From Nymphaea colorata (Eukaryota): a DNA stretch of 64,000 bases. The stretch lies in contig NC_045138.2 of NCBI RefSeq assembly GCF_008831285.2, forward strand, positions 39,122,001-39,186,000, given 5' to 3'. This document shows, one piece after another, positions 1-13,738 of the stretch (the first letter of the stretch is position 1; each line of letters opens with the position of its first letter). The notes under the pieces were generated by a model, which was not told where the DNA came from, did not search any database, and worked only from the letters and a program-made list of their open reading frames with translations. The translations under genes were made by a program, and so were the position numbers.

Positions 1-1542
1 TTTGTCATGAACATCTGTAAATGTCCATGTTTTTTTGGTAAAATAGGCCATTAAATAAGTAGCATATTTACTGTTTGCCCCTCAACTAACACATACCTAA
101 CTCTTTTCAATAATTTAGGCTTTCTAGTAACAATTTAAAAAAATCGCTGAAGTTCTATAGTAACATGAAAATCATGTCTAATTACCTCAGCTTATTAAAA
201 GGATGCAATGACCAATATAACTGTAGTAAAAGAAAGTGCTTAAAATTAGGCATAGCTAGATTAAATTTGTAGAAATATTTCGATCATATCTAGATTAAAT
301 TTGCAGAAATATTTTGAACAATAGGCTTAGAATATTTTTTGACTTTTTTTTTCATGGAAAACGAAGAAAGAAGGATTAATTTTTTCAAGCGGTCACCAAC
401 CAACTACCTCCCCATTCATCTATCACCTTTTGGGTTTGATATTTGATTTTCATGAAGGCCACAAAGCAAGGATCTGCAAGAGCCACATCATGCATAGATC
501 AACCTGAATCGGTTAATTTGGATCAAATCAATGGCAAAAAATGGTTGTGATCGACAATCGGAGAAGTTTCTAATAATTGTTTGATAGCTTTTGATAATTC
601 ACAACAGATTCAACTGAGCGTATGATTCGGTTGATTCACCTGTGAACAAAAACAAAAGTGATAACTATCAGATGCCCCACATCGATCCAAAACCAAAACT
701 AAGTTTCCGATTAAAATAGATTCGGCAAATAAAACTGAAATATAATAATTAACACACAAAAAAATAAAAAATAAAAAATAAAACCCTTGCCTTTGGCTCG
801 TTCGAACCAGAGAAGAGACGTGAAAGAACAAAAGAATGTGAAGGCAGAGCCGACAATCGAATCGTAGCATCTGCGACGCGTGGGTCAACAATGGCCCACC
901 GTATGACTCTGCCAATGGGAATTTGCCAAGTGGCAATTGGTGACGCGAAGAACGTGAATGGTGGGCCATCCCTTGCTTTGACACCTACCGACTTCTTTTT
1001 GCCTTCGTTGTGGGTCCCACGTCTCTCTCTCCAAGTTCTAATTTTCTTAATTAAAAAATTTATAATGTAAGAGCAAAATATATATATGTGAAGTTTGTTT
1101 CATAAAGTTTTTACCTTACCGGTGTGTTTATATAAAGTAATGATTAGGCACATCGGCTTGCCTATGAGTTCATTTAATACGAACTAAACGATAAGATATC
1201 GTTTCAAGCGGCAGAACAACTTATCAACGTGAGCAGCGTAAAATTTTGGGACGTCATCGGGCTGCTGCCCACTATGCAGCATTTTCAGGGCTTCAAAATG
1301 TGTAGTAGTAAATTTCATCTCCAAATAATAGTTATGATCTTCATGAACTGCGTGTAAGTTTATATAATATATATTTTTGTGAAATGCGCCAAACTTTTTT
1401 TATACGATATATGTATATAACGAAACGTGGATTTAATTTTTTCTCTCTTTAGGCACTATCAATGTTAAGGTAGATAACAAAGGTTGTAAAATGCAAATGA
1501 AGAAAAGGGTTATAAGAGCTAATAAAATGAAGTGTTAAAGAG

Positions 1543-1545
<3 letters not shown>

Positions 1546-1600
<55 letters not shown>
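1546..1600. repeat. (TA)n(GA)n compound microsatellite
   Basis: Dinucleotide runs read directly from the sequence. Confidence 0.95.
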
Positions 1601-1605
<5 letters not shown>

Positions 1606-4236
1606 TCATATGTCGGCAGGCGGTAAATCTTTGTGCGATGAGTAGGCGTCGTGGGAGGCCCATGCTTTCTTGGTTGGATCGCTAACTTGGCTGATAGCAA
1701 AAGAAAAAATGGAGGAAGGACATATCTCCTTTCTTTTTCAACTTCCTGCTGTTCGGATTTCAGTTGTCTCCCTCCAAATCCTTCTGCATTGCATTTCAAG
1801 AAAGTTCTAAATAAGAAAATAGAAGAGAAGAGGACTCTTTTGAACCCTGAGCGGACGCGGGTCCCCTACTAGGAGACCTAATATCCGATCCAATTATTAA
1901 TTCAAATCGGATCATTTATCCTATTCAGCTTCAAATCCGATTTCAGAGGGCCCGGTTAAAATTTAATTGGATAAAAATTGAATCCAACCTAAAATCCAAA
2001 CCGCTTGCATCTCCTTAAGCTTAACCCAAAGGTTAAGAAAGAATGTCGGGCGGGGGGCATTGAAGGGCGTGGGTCCCACACCACCACCTCTTGTGAACGA
2101 TACCACGTGGCCGCGTCTCGCCAGGAATGGGCCCACCTATTCGCTTCTCTTCCCATGTGATGCGGGCCCCATACCCTTATTGTTGTGTGTGTCACTGTTT
2201 TGCATGCCGCCGACACCATAGATCTACCGTCCTTTCATCTTCTTCCATTTCGCCGCAATCGTTATTATCGTTTCATATATGTATATATATCAATAAAGAG
2301 AGAAAGAAGAAGAAAAAAAAAGAAAAAGAGAAAAGAAAGGAGAGGGAAAAGAAATTGAATGGTGCCATTTTAATGAGGGCTGTTAGATTTAATAATAAAT
2401 GGTTAAGATAAAAAAATGATCATACTTTTATCATTTAGTATTAATTTATTTTGGCTGTTTCTTTCAAATCAAAAGTGTAGTTAAATAGCTAGATAATTTT
2501 GAATATATATATATAATAATCAGTTAATTATTTGATGTTGTCTACGGCTAAATAATTAAGATTCATCGCCAAAACACAAGAAATGATTGCTTTAGCCATT
2601 TCTATGTGATAAACTGTCCAAAAGCTTAAGACTTTTAATAAATGAAATTTAATTGTTTAGCTATTGAAATGTGATTGTTTTTGCTTCCCTTAAAACTTAA
2701 ACTTTTTGTTGGTCATCAGATTTTCCACGTCTCATCGCTTTAGCGTCCCTGACATCATACTATGTTGCAAAACAATAAGAATGTAATTTCGTAGCATGAT
2801 TTGACGGCAATTGGTTTTGAAGGAGGACTTTTTTTTAAGTACGCCGGTTTTTAAGGGTAAGATTAGTTGCTAGGATAAGTTGGAAAAGACAAAAAGTCTC
2901 TGTCATACAGGAGATATACAAACCCCTTTTAAAAGAATCTTGATTGGTTTCCGTTTTTTCAGGTTTAACGCTTCTAATATGCAACTTTTCGGGATTTCCT
3001 GTCAGAACCTAAACAAGTCGGAAAGAAAATCCAAAACTTTTGCTTCTCTTACGATGCGAGTCGCCTCTGGAGTGACAATTTTGATTCTAGTCCCCAAAAT
3101 AGTGTTGAATGCCAATTACATTTAATTCTACGTTCCACACATTCATAAAAACTGAAACTAGATTCGAATATTTTAGTGGTAAATTGGATCCTCCAGCTGT
3201 AATTAGATGTAATCCATGCTCTAATCCCATATCAAGCGGGTTCATATCATAGTCACAAATATTTTTTTCTGCATTTTAAATGGTGAGGTTTTTCGCAATT
3301 ACAATATGACAAGTTTGAAAAAATAAAAAAAAAACACACAGTAAAATTATAAAAGCTTAAAAATAGAGAAAAATAAAATAAATGAGAAGCTGATAATAAT
3401 AACATCAAAAAATAAGTAACTAGATAAGCAACAAATTAAAATTAGAAATTGAAAGGAGCATACTGAAAAAACACTTGAAAGGAAAAACAATGTGAAAAAA
3501 GCAATAAACTTGTTTTTTTTTCAAATAATGGTATTTTTTGACTTTTTTTTCTTTTTACATTTAAATAATGTATGTTTTTTTGTGACTATGGTTGACATAT
3601 TATTCAATCATCGGTTCATGATGAGTGCTTAGGCACCAAAGCTGCCTGTAATTGACCCGACATGCGAACATGGATGATAAGTTATTAGTTGGTAACATTA
3701 CATTACATGACATTTGAATCGGTTTGATTAGAAAAAGACTCCAGAAAAAATAGGAGAGAGCAACGTGGTAGGTTGGGTTGCACATGATGCTGCTTCTCAC
3801 TTAGTCCCAAGAAATAAAAGAGCACTTCTTATTTAGGGGAACTAAATTGAACCGCTCCTTCTTCTTTGACATTTTCCCCTTTAGATCTTCTCGATTGCAG
3901 AAAACATGGCGTTGTAATGATGGCTATAGAAACGTGGAGAACATGGTTTGCCAGATTTGACTCGATGGATTCTTTGTAATTCAATTCAAATCGGGACCAA
4001 GTTCAAATCCAACTAACATAAGGCCCAACATTTATTTTATATGTGGTCAAATTAGAGGTGGAGCCGCCTGCAAGGGCCCTAGTCCCACTTCATGAACAAT
4101 TTCTGGCTCCGGCCCTTGTCCGTACATGATCATGGATCTAACCTTCCTTTTAGTTAGTGATTGATAGTCTCGGATTTCATATCTGAGGCTGCATTAAAAG
4201 GTGTGCATTGTAAGATCTTCAATTTAATCAAACTAA

Positions 4237-4561
4237 AGTTGCGTTTGGTAACGTTGGATCTCAAATCCAAGGTTGGATTTGCTGCGTAAGATTAGTGAGG
4301 TTTATCAAACTGTAGATTTAAGAACCACAGATTTTTGATGGGTGAGAATGCTGAAATTCATGCATCTCAAGTCGTCGGGAAGAGGCGTAGGGTTAAGAAG
4401 GGTCCGACTTCATATGTAAATTTTAGTTCCACACATGAAGGTAGAGAGCAGAAGAAGGAGAGAAGGCCGAGGAAGTGCCTTAAACATAAGCTTTTAAAGC
4501 TTCAATCATGAAGTTTTAAAACCTGCCATAGATTTAAGATTTGAAGGAATCAAACGCAACC
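4237..4561. mobile_element. Tourist/PIF-Harbinger-like MITE
   Basis: Left end AGTTGCGTTTGG; right end TCAAACGCAACC (reverse complement GGTTGCGTTTGA). TAA flanks both sides (4234-4236, 4562-4564), the typical PIF/Tourist TSD. Confidence 0.7.
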
Positions 4562-5889
4562 TAAGAATCTTAGTCGTGTGAATCTTAAATCCACGTTACA
4601 TGTAAAGAACCATAGATATAAGGTGGTTAGATGGAGATATCTGATTTTAATTTAAAGATCTGAAATCATAGTGACTTAAACTGACCCAGATTTAAGATCC
4701 AATTCAAACAGACACCCATAGGCTGCAGAGAGTGGGTCGACCGTTAGCTCAAATCGTCCAATTCAACATACATCTCATGGGATTCACGACGAACTTTCCA
4801 ATGTAATTGTGTGTCAACCTCAAAATCCACGCTACTTTTACACGTTTATCTCGCGACGTGATGTGACATGTTGACAGGTAGCTTGACATGCAGAAGGCAT
4901 CTTCCGTGATTTTAGTGAAAATGTCTTGGTACTTAAATAAATGCCAGTCTGCGAATGCGGGCATTAATTTAAATACTAAAGAGCAGCATACTTAGCGCGA
5001 AACACGTCTCTCTTTTCACTAAAAGTTGTATGTTGTTTGTTTTTTCTTTCACTTCCTATTGCTTTCCTGAATTTCATCGTCTGTGCTGATATGCTGTCTA
5101 TCGAAGTGGTCGCCTTCTTGTTTTCTGCTTCTTTCTTCGATGTTCATATCATTTTCAATTGCCGATGACTTTGAGTTGGATGCACATTTTTTGCGAGGTC
5201 AGAACGTGAATGTGTGCCGGCTTTTGATGAACCTCGCGTTACCAATCACACTCATATATAAAACAATGTATGGTTTAATCGAACTGGGGATGTTGAAGTT
5301 CATATTTGATCATTCGTCATTCTTTGCAGGCTCCCCAAGGGATGGAGAAGGCAACCGGTGGCAGTTGGGTGTGTGGGCGATTGCCCACACTGGTCGACAT
5401 AAATTGTAATGCTTCACGTTGGAATGTTTAGTCATGGATTTAAGATTTTAAAGAACAGAGGGTTATTAAGTGATTTGTGGTTTTGCTTCCTTGCCTTTTA
5501 AAAGTTAGAAACAAAGTCGTTAAGGGGCAGGTTAGGATCCACCAAACCAGGGGCCCTTGCTTGATGTGAAAATAGGTCGAGTCATTACAGTACTATCAAA
5601 ACATATTCTCTACTTTGACATGAAATCCTACACTGTAGACATATACACCTTAAGGAGGGTGCATTGTAACCCTTTTACTTTGAAAAGTTTAGTTTTGTAA
5701 CTAAGGTCATAAAAAATTTTGAAGAACTTACAAAGAATGTTATTAAGTAACTAGTTGTCGCCATTCTTATTATTTGTTGGATTAAAACCAAAACTGTTAG
5801 AAGGCGGATTGAGACCCTTAAAATAGGAGCTCATGCTTACTATGGGATTATGTATGCGTGCTTCACAGCGGCGTAGCCATATTTTGCTG

Positions 5890-6665
5890 TTCTAGATCCA
5901 AACTGTTTGCACCTCCAGTTTTAGGTAGTGTGCACTCTCTAGTCTCCCTCATTAAACATCAAAAGTTGCCGATATGGAATCTGTGGGAAAGCGTACGAAG
6001 TGCTTGGCCTAAAAGTATGGCACTGTTTGGAGGTCGTTTTTCAATCACAAGAAGAATGAAATTAGTTGATTCTCATAAATGCCGCGGCATTTTCTCCGTT
6101 CCATGAAGATCACGAGGCTCAAGAAGTGTCAATAAATTTTGTACGTTTCGAATTTTAGGTATGGAGCAATTGTCTGTATAAAGCGTAGGCCGGGAGGAAA
6201 GAAGTATTTGCTACGCAGGCATTACCTCCTAAAAGGAGCTCCAACAGTATACAACTAACGGTTCGTGAGATGTGAATGAATGGTGCACCTAAATTCATGT
6301 GCCAACTGCTTATTTTCTCTATGTCATCTCTTCCACTGGCACATGGAAAATCTGAATGAGGTAGCAGAAGTACGTTCAGTTTCTCCTCCCAAGCTCTTTT
6401 TCCAGTGCTGGATGTCATTCTGCTGCAAGCAAGTTAGCAGTTCCTGAAATTTTTTAAAAATGCATAAAAATTAATTAAAATTTAAAAAAACTAAAAGATT
6501 CAAAATAACAGTTAGAAGCTGGCACATGGCACCTTAAATCGGTCGCCATGTCAAACTGGTTTTGGGACGGATTCAGGACGGTTCTGACAACATTGGACAT
6601 GACAGAGAAAACAAAGTAAATACAGATCCTTCTAAACTAGGGTGATAAAGTTGGGGTCGTCCTCT
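5890..6665. mobile_element. Possible degenerate Mutator-like (MULE) non-autonomous element
   Basis: About 100 bp at the left (gatccaaactgtttgcacctccagtttt...gaatctgt) aligns loosely by eye with the reverse complement of about 6560-6660 (gaccccaactttatcaccctagttt...gaatccgt). No TSD identified; boundaries approximate. Confidence 0.3.
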
Positions 6666-8173
6666 CTCGTTACATTAACCGCAGACAAGAGTTGATGCAG
6701 TTCTATACGTCAACATATCTAAACCGAATAATTGCATGAAGAAAGAATAGAAGATAGATGAATTTTATGTGCAGATCTCAGATAGATTCGTATGGGCGTA
6801 CGTGTAAAAGAGTTGTGGAGCTACATACAGGCCAGAGCGGCAGTGCAGTTGCAAGGACCAGAAATTTGTCGGCAGACTGGTCAGGTCCAGGGTGATCGAT
6901 GCCCATCCCGCATCTTTCTGCCCCGTCTTGAACCCAACTCCTAAACGCAGTATTGGGAAGAACTTTTATCTTAGCAGCAGCCTGTCAACCCCATCTTTCC
7001 CAACCTCTTAGTTGTTGTGGCTCGATTTCATTCAATTTTCAAGTTCTGAACAGAAAGTGTCGACACAAACAAGTATAAAACCAAATTCGGCCGTTTGTTT
7101 GATGGGATTAAAGTCCATCAGAATCATAGTGAACTGGATTTCTCCTTGGAAAACATAGAGCAGACATAATTGAACTTGGAAAGTCTAGCTTGTTGATCCC
7201 CCATGGGAGAAAGCAGAAATTGCCGTCTAAATGAGTGTCATAATAAGCAATGGTAAATGTACACCTCCACATAGGTGGTTGGGACGATCACAGAATTATT
7301 TTGGTAGGTCGATAGGAATTATCGTAAAGTACCTTGATGCTCAAACCGAGTTTCGACAGGCATTCGGCAGAACGTGAACAGGCAAGACACTCGTTCAACA
7401 GTCCGTAATCACAGAGAACCTAATGAAATGTATTAATTAAGGAGAGTTGCAAGTGTAAACACTGGAAGATCCAGACCATGCTCTGTTTTTCCAATATTTG
7501 AAAATTAACGACAAAGGAATAGGAAAAGGAACCAAAAGGCAAACATGAGAAATCAACTGGTAGGTACTACACATATCACATGTAAAACGGAATAGGGATT
7601 TACTTCCCATTCTCCATGCCTATTGATGATCTTCAGCAGGCTTCATCAGCACCAGCGATAAAAAGCCGACGGGATCGGGGGAGAGGGGTTTTCGAAAATC
7701 GAATCGGACTACCAATTTATTTATTGCTCCAGTTCCCACCACTTCTGACTCCCAATCTGCGATCCCAATTAGGGGAAAACTTAAGTACAAGTTGACGTCG
7801 ACTTGGTGTACCTATTGAACGAGCGAAGACTGATGGAGCATCAAATTTTCATGAAAAGCAAGCTGCGACAGCTTGATTAAATTTTGATCCAATTAGCCCC
7901 ACTTCTTCACATCCTTAAGAGCTCTCTCTCTCTCTCTCTCTCTACCACTTCCCGAAAATCAGAAATACAATACATTCGATATATGTACATGCTACAAACC
8001 AGTTACAGTACAGGGGCAAAACACAGCAGCATCCATTTGCAAGCCGCCATATTCTCTCCGAAGTGTTTATAAACAGCTTAATCACTTCTGCCCATGTACA
8101 AAAACTAAATCTGGACGGAAGCACAACGTGTTGGACACTCCACAATCGAACCAATTGGCCAGCGGCGGTAGTA

Positions 8174-10822
8174 CTAGTCATCATCAACTGCAAAGTTGGG
8201 TTCAGCTGGCTTTGGAAGCTTGATGAGTGGAGACCTGGCCAACAACTTAGTCTTGCGTGCTGTACGGAGTGCACGAAGTGCATTGGCAGCAAACCTGGAA
8301 GCATAAATGGTAGCTCCAAGGCTTGGTGAATTGCCACCACCTCCATTCTCAGCAAGTGCTGCCTGCAACTTGTCTTCCTCCCTGTGCAATGACTCCTCAA
8401 GCTTCTTTTTGCCGTATCGGCGCCATGCAGCCTGGATAAAGCAAGCTGCCCAGGTCCTCCACTGTTGTGAGTAAAATCTGAAGGTGTGCCTGAGCTGCTT
8501 GCTGTGAAGCCGCCGAAATTGCTTGGCTACAAACCTAAGATCATCTGAAGTGAGTGCAAATGCCTCAACTTCAGAAAGTGCTCTTACAGTTCTGGTAGAG
8601 GATGGGAGGCTCGCCGAAGGGTTTGGATCTAGGGCCCAAGTAAGAAGTTCTTCCCCGCAGAAATCACCCTCTTTGAGGAAATCAGAATTGAAAAACCCAG
8701 TTCGTCCTCCATTTGTCGTTACACTCTCAAGCTTTCCTCTCATGATAAATAACATTTCATCTACAGGATCACCTTCCCGGACAATGTAACTGTCCTCCGT
8801 GTGCAGGGACGGCTTCAGGCGGTCACACATGGCATCCAAAAGTTGGTCATCCATATTTTTAAACATCGGAACCTGCAATAAAGCAAATATTAAGGATAAG
8901 CAAGATAGGGGAAGAGAAACTACAATAAAGATGGGATACGCATGATGCCTAATTAGAAGAAAAGGAAGCTGCATTTCACTTACGAAGGGAGGAATAGCAA
9001 AACGTTAAAATTTTCCTTTTTCATCCTGCAACTATATTTTATTATAACATGACAGAATACACCACTCATTTGACAAAAGTTTAGTTCTTGCAGTGTCACG
9101 AATATCGCCACCAGCAAATGTCATTACTAGCAGCTCCAGAATGCAAATCTCTTTCATTCTCTCTCCCTCTCTCAACCACATACACAAGAACTATCGTAGT
9201 TAATTTGCAAAATGCAGTATCCACACTTGCTTGCAAAAAGTAATGCCCTCACAAAAAGGTTCTTGTTCGTGTGTTGGTTACCTACTCATCAATATCGAAC
9301 AAACAACATGGTAGTAGTCTACTAGATGCCCCATTTGACGAGATCAAACTCCTCTACTTCTCATCCAGCCAATGGTTGTACATCCACTAGAAAAACAAGA
9401 GCAGAAATAAACGTGCATGAAGGGGTGGGGGAGGGGGAGGAAGAGGGACAAAGAAGGAGAAAGCGAGATGGCCCAAACAGTAAGTTAAAATCTTGAGCTC
9501 CAATATCTTTTACAGTTTTTCTTTTCACTATTTTTTTTCATTCTTTTCGTTTGTGTTGCTAACCAAACATACTTTTTTCCAAATATTTATTTTTAAAATA
9601 TAGGAAAGAATAATGCATTATCCAAATGCTCTTAAGATCTCTAAAAATCTGGTGCCAGAATCAAGATACTATATCCGAAAGGGAGAAAAAAAAGGCTTAT
9701 CAAGGTGCAAGGGTTGAAACAACGCAGAACATGTTAATGGCATTTGAAACAAAGGCAAGAGGTCCATTTCAGTGCCTAACGTTTCAAAACAAGTTGAATC
9801 CAGAAGACAATTCCTGTTTAGATTAGTCCATAAATGGGAAGAGAAGCAAACAGAGAAAAACGTGGCCAGTTACCATATCCCAAAAATTATTAAATTTTCA
9901 TAGAAACAAAAATACGTAAAAGGAATTAGTAACGATAAAAGAAGACCAACCCGCACGAGTAGTGCTAAGCAAAGATGTCGTTTGATATCCCTTCTGAGGT
10001 CCCTCGGAAGGTTCCTGATCAAATCTTCTTCATTAACACCTCTAAATTCCAGCCATTTGTACTGATCATACCGGCGAATACGTTCCCTCAGGCTTTCAGG
10101 GAGCATTCGATGGGACATCCATTGCTCTGCATCACGCCGTTTCACCCTCATCTCTTCTAACCTCAGAGTAGCAGATTGCAGATACGTCTGGTTTACAGCA
10201 GGTAGACAGACAACATGAAGAAGAAAATATCATATGGGATCACAAAACAAAACCATGATTTGTTTCCATAATGGAATAAACACAGTAAATAATTTAGTGG
10301 CACCTGCCAAACTTATAGACTGCAAATCTAAGCCAATATTTCTTTATGTGTAACATTTGATAATAGATTTAGAACTGCACAATTTTATGGTTGCAAGAGA
10401 CAAAAGCTCTTCCCTGTGTGCCATATCAAGTCTGCTTTTCATTTTCATTGAAATATCAACAGAATTGCCTCTCATTTAGTAAAACAATCAGAAATTTAGT
10501 ACCTATGGCTATATACAACAAAAAGTCAGGATACCATGCAAATACTAAGAATGTCAAGTCTTCTGCTGTCAATATCCCTGCTATGCTGAAGGTTAATGTC
10601 CTTATGCATATCACAGAGAATACTTATATGCACATCATTTTTCAGGTGTCAACTGTCAATAGATACTCATGGATGCAAAGAAAATGGATGAAAATTTTGG
10701 GAGGGACCCACTAGTGAATAAATCTACAACTATTTCCATGTTAGCAACTAGTTCAAATCATCCTAAAGATGCCAAAGTTCAACCAAAAGACCTGATTCGC
10801 AGGAATGCCAAAGTTCAACCAA

Positions 10823-10879
<57 letters not shown>

Positions 10880-13675
10880 ACGCACACAGAGAGAGTTTTC
10901 CAAGGTAAACAAAGAATAGGGTAAGGACGAGAAAACAAGAACAAAAAAAGGGAAAACAGTCATGATCACTGCCACAGGTTCACGTGCAAGTACAGATGCC
11001 AGTGCATAGTGTTTCGAAAAGCATGGGTGCAGGATATAGCCGTATGTGTGTATAACTGTATATATATCAACAGTAAGAATGTTAAGGACAAACCCATATA
11101 TTTATTATTTATATTCATAAAATATAAATTGCCAAACTAAAATACCAAAATGGACAAAAACTTACAACTTATCATTTTGCTGTCCTGCACCTGCACAACA
11201 GTGGTGTAGCACCATTCCAGGTATTTTAGGCAAAGACAGTTTACACAAAAATTGTGCTCCTATCATGATACTATGGTGCATCTTTTGGCTTCTAATATAT
11301 GTCTCTTTCTGAGGTGCACATGCTGCACTTTCAAAAATTTTAAATACATGCTCCCGTTGCTGTGTAGAGGGGATATAACAGAGAAATAGGAACTTAAGGG
11401 TAAAATTGGATCTATCAAAAAGGGTAAACACCAGAAGAATAAGGATTTAAAGCTGAAAACTTAAGGAAGAAAGATCCAGTTCCCCTTGGAGAAAAAACCA
11501 AGATTGAAATCTCGAGAAGCTAGGCTTCCACGGGAGAAAAATGGTCTGACTGCAACTCCTCTCTTTTCTATTGGTTGCAAAGTCCCTTTGCCAAATGTGA
11601 TGAAGAAGCAGAAAGGATGAAGGAAAAGGCAAAATAGAGGAGGAAGGAAGAAAAGAAGAAGAAGAAGAAACTGCTTCCTTTGGATTCCTTGCAAACCTTT
11701 TTCTGTTTATGTTTTCATCATTAAGTCTGTGCTTGGAATTTCATAAACTTCTACTGTTAATGTTTGACAGTCACAAGAACTGTCAGAAGAAACCCAGTCA
11801 TAATGTTGATACCCTGTTTTATTTTTACCTGAATTTGAAGATATTTTCCTTTTCTCGTTGGAAGTTCCTGAGATTTTCCAGTAGGAGGAAAATTTAAAAA
11901 CTCCAAGAACAATATTTATGACACTGCTATATACATTCACATATATGTGCACAGAAACTAGATCCTCATTGTCACTCTCCTCAACTTTCTTCTATTAAAT
12001 CACATTCGATATGAGAGAGAGAGAACTTACATCCCTTAAAAGATTAAGCTGCAGGTCACATTACACAGCATAAATCCATGTCAAAGAGGAAAAACAAGAA
12101 ACTCAACTGTATAAGTGCATTACTTTGTTATTATCCATAAAAAGACAAAATATTTCTTTAATCAAGCATTGGTTATATCAGCTGCTTCCTAGGACAAATA
12201 TTTATCTTCAGTCAACTGCCCTCTTTACACTTCAGGAATATGAATAGGTACACTCTGGACATACAAAACTTCATTCTCCTACTACCAGTGCATAGGAGTA
12301 AACTACTTCACTCTCCTCTTGCCAGTGTTTTACAATGTAAATAAATTAAATAGTTAATGTATTAGAGGCACTAAAAATTTGTAGGTAGGAACTATTGGAG
12401 CAGCTATGAAAGTGAAGGCCAAGACATCAACCATTTGCCACAAAAAGATATAACATGAAGAACGCAGGCACATTTCTATTTGGGAAAATGTTCACAGAGA
12501 AGCGCCTAATCAGAAAGAAGCAAGCCTATACATCATATACAAACAGCAACACCAAAACCATATTCAAAAGTAAACATGCAGGTTTCCAAGCATGTGCATA
12601 ATCACATACAGCATAACCATATAACATGCAATGAAATGAGCCTCAATGCTGAAAATACACAAACAGGAGAGCTTAGTAGGTACCTGCATATTCCCAATGA
12701 GAAGAGCAAACAAGACTAAGCCAGAGATTGATATGAACACCGCAAAACAAATCTCCCAAATGTAAGTGCTAGTTTTCAAATTTTGGCCCAGAGAACTGCA
12801 AAAGAAAAAAGAGCAAGTCTTTCACAAGTTAACTCCAACAAAGGCAACATAGGTACATAACAGAGGCCATATGTGAAAAATTATCCATCAAAAATGTGTT
12901 CCAGTTCTTTTCCTCCAGTATGGGCTTTCCATTTTCTCTTTAGAGAAAAGTTCAAAGTTCAAACATATGTAGTATAGCTGCTACTAAGGTCGAGGCTTAT
13001 GATCTTATCCAGTTCCTTTGATCAATCAAGTGTGATTGAGCTTGTGCCATCAGCTTGGTAATGAAAAGTACATTAGATCCTGGCCCCTGGGCAGCCCTCT
13101 TTTTTGACTAGGCTACAGCACTTCCATAAGGTAGGCCACCTAGACAGGCACCCAAGCTGATCTGCCTAGGCACCAAATAAATGCATTTGAAAAGAAATGG
13201 TCTTTTTCCATTTCATTTTTTTTCTTTCTTTCTTCTTCTTTTTCCTTTCTTTTTTCTCTCCCTTTTTTCCTTATTCTCCACTTTCTTTCTTTTACACTTC
13301 ACATACAGCTACAAGTATATCGTTATGCTGCATATCTGTTGTCCGCTTTATTATTTATATGCTACCACATGTATATCGTTATGTTGTCTACATGTTAACT
13401 TCCTGTTATGTTGTGGTGCATGTTCTTATTTTTCATTGATATATATTACTCTATGTCACAGTGGCACGTGGGATATGCCCACGTGCCAGTATCCGTAAGG
13501 CGGTACACCAGTAATGGTACGACAGTGGTACATTTGGATTAGTTCCAGATTGGAACTGATCCAAACCATATTTTTTTTATTTTTTATTACATTTTAATCA
13601 TATTTTTGTTAGTTTATTTATGTTTTATGAGATTATATGTAGAAATCAAAAATTGTCTTAATAATGTTGTTATAT

Positions 13676-13738
<63 letters not shown>

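Noticed and set aside
5371..5390. Helitron 3' hairpin GTGTGGGC/GCCCACAC
   Set aside because: No CTRR terminus at the expected spacing; a similar palindrome occurs inside the MITE at about 13467, so a MITE remnant is more likely.
8523..8789. Plus-strand ORF overlapping the last CNGC exon (also 17057-17269)
   Set aside because: Antisense shadows of real coding exons.
13033..13049. miR171-like sequence TGATTGAGCTTGTGCCA
   Set aside because: Only a partial match that needs an indel, and no complementary star arm is visible nearby.
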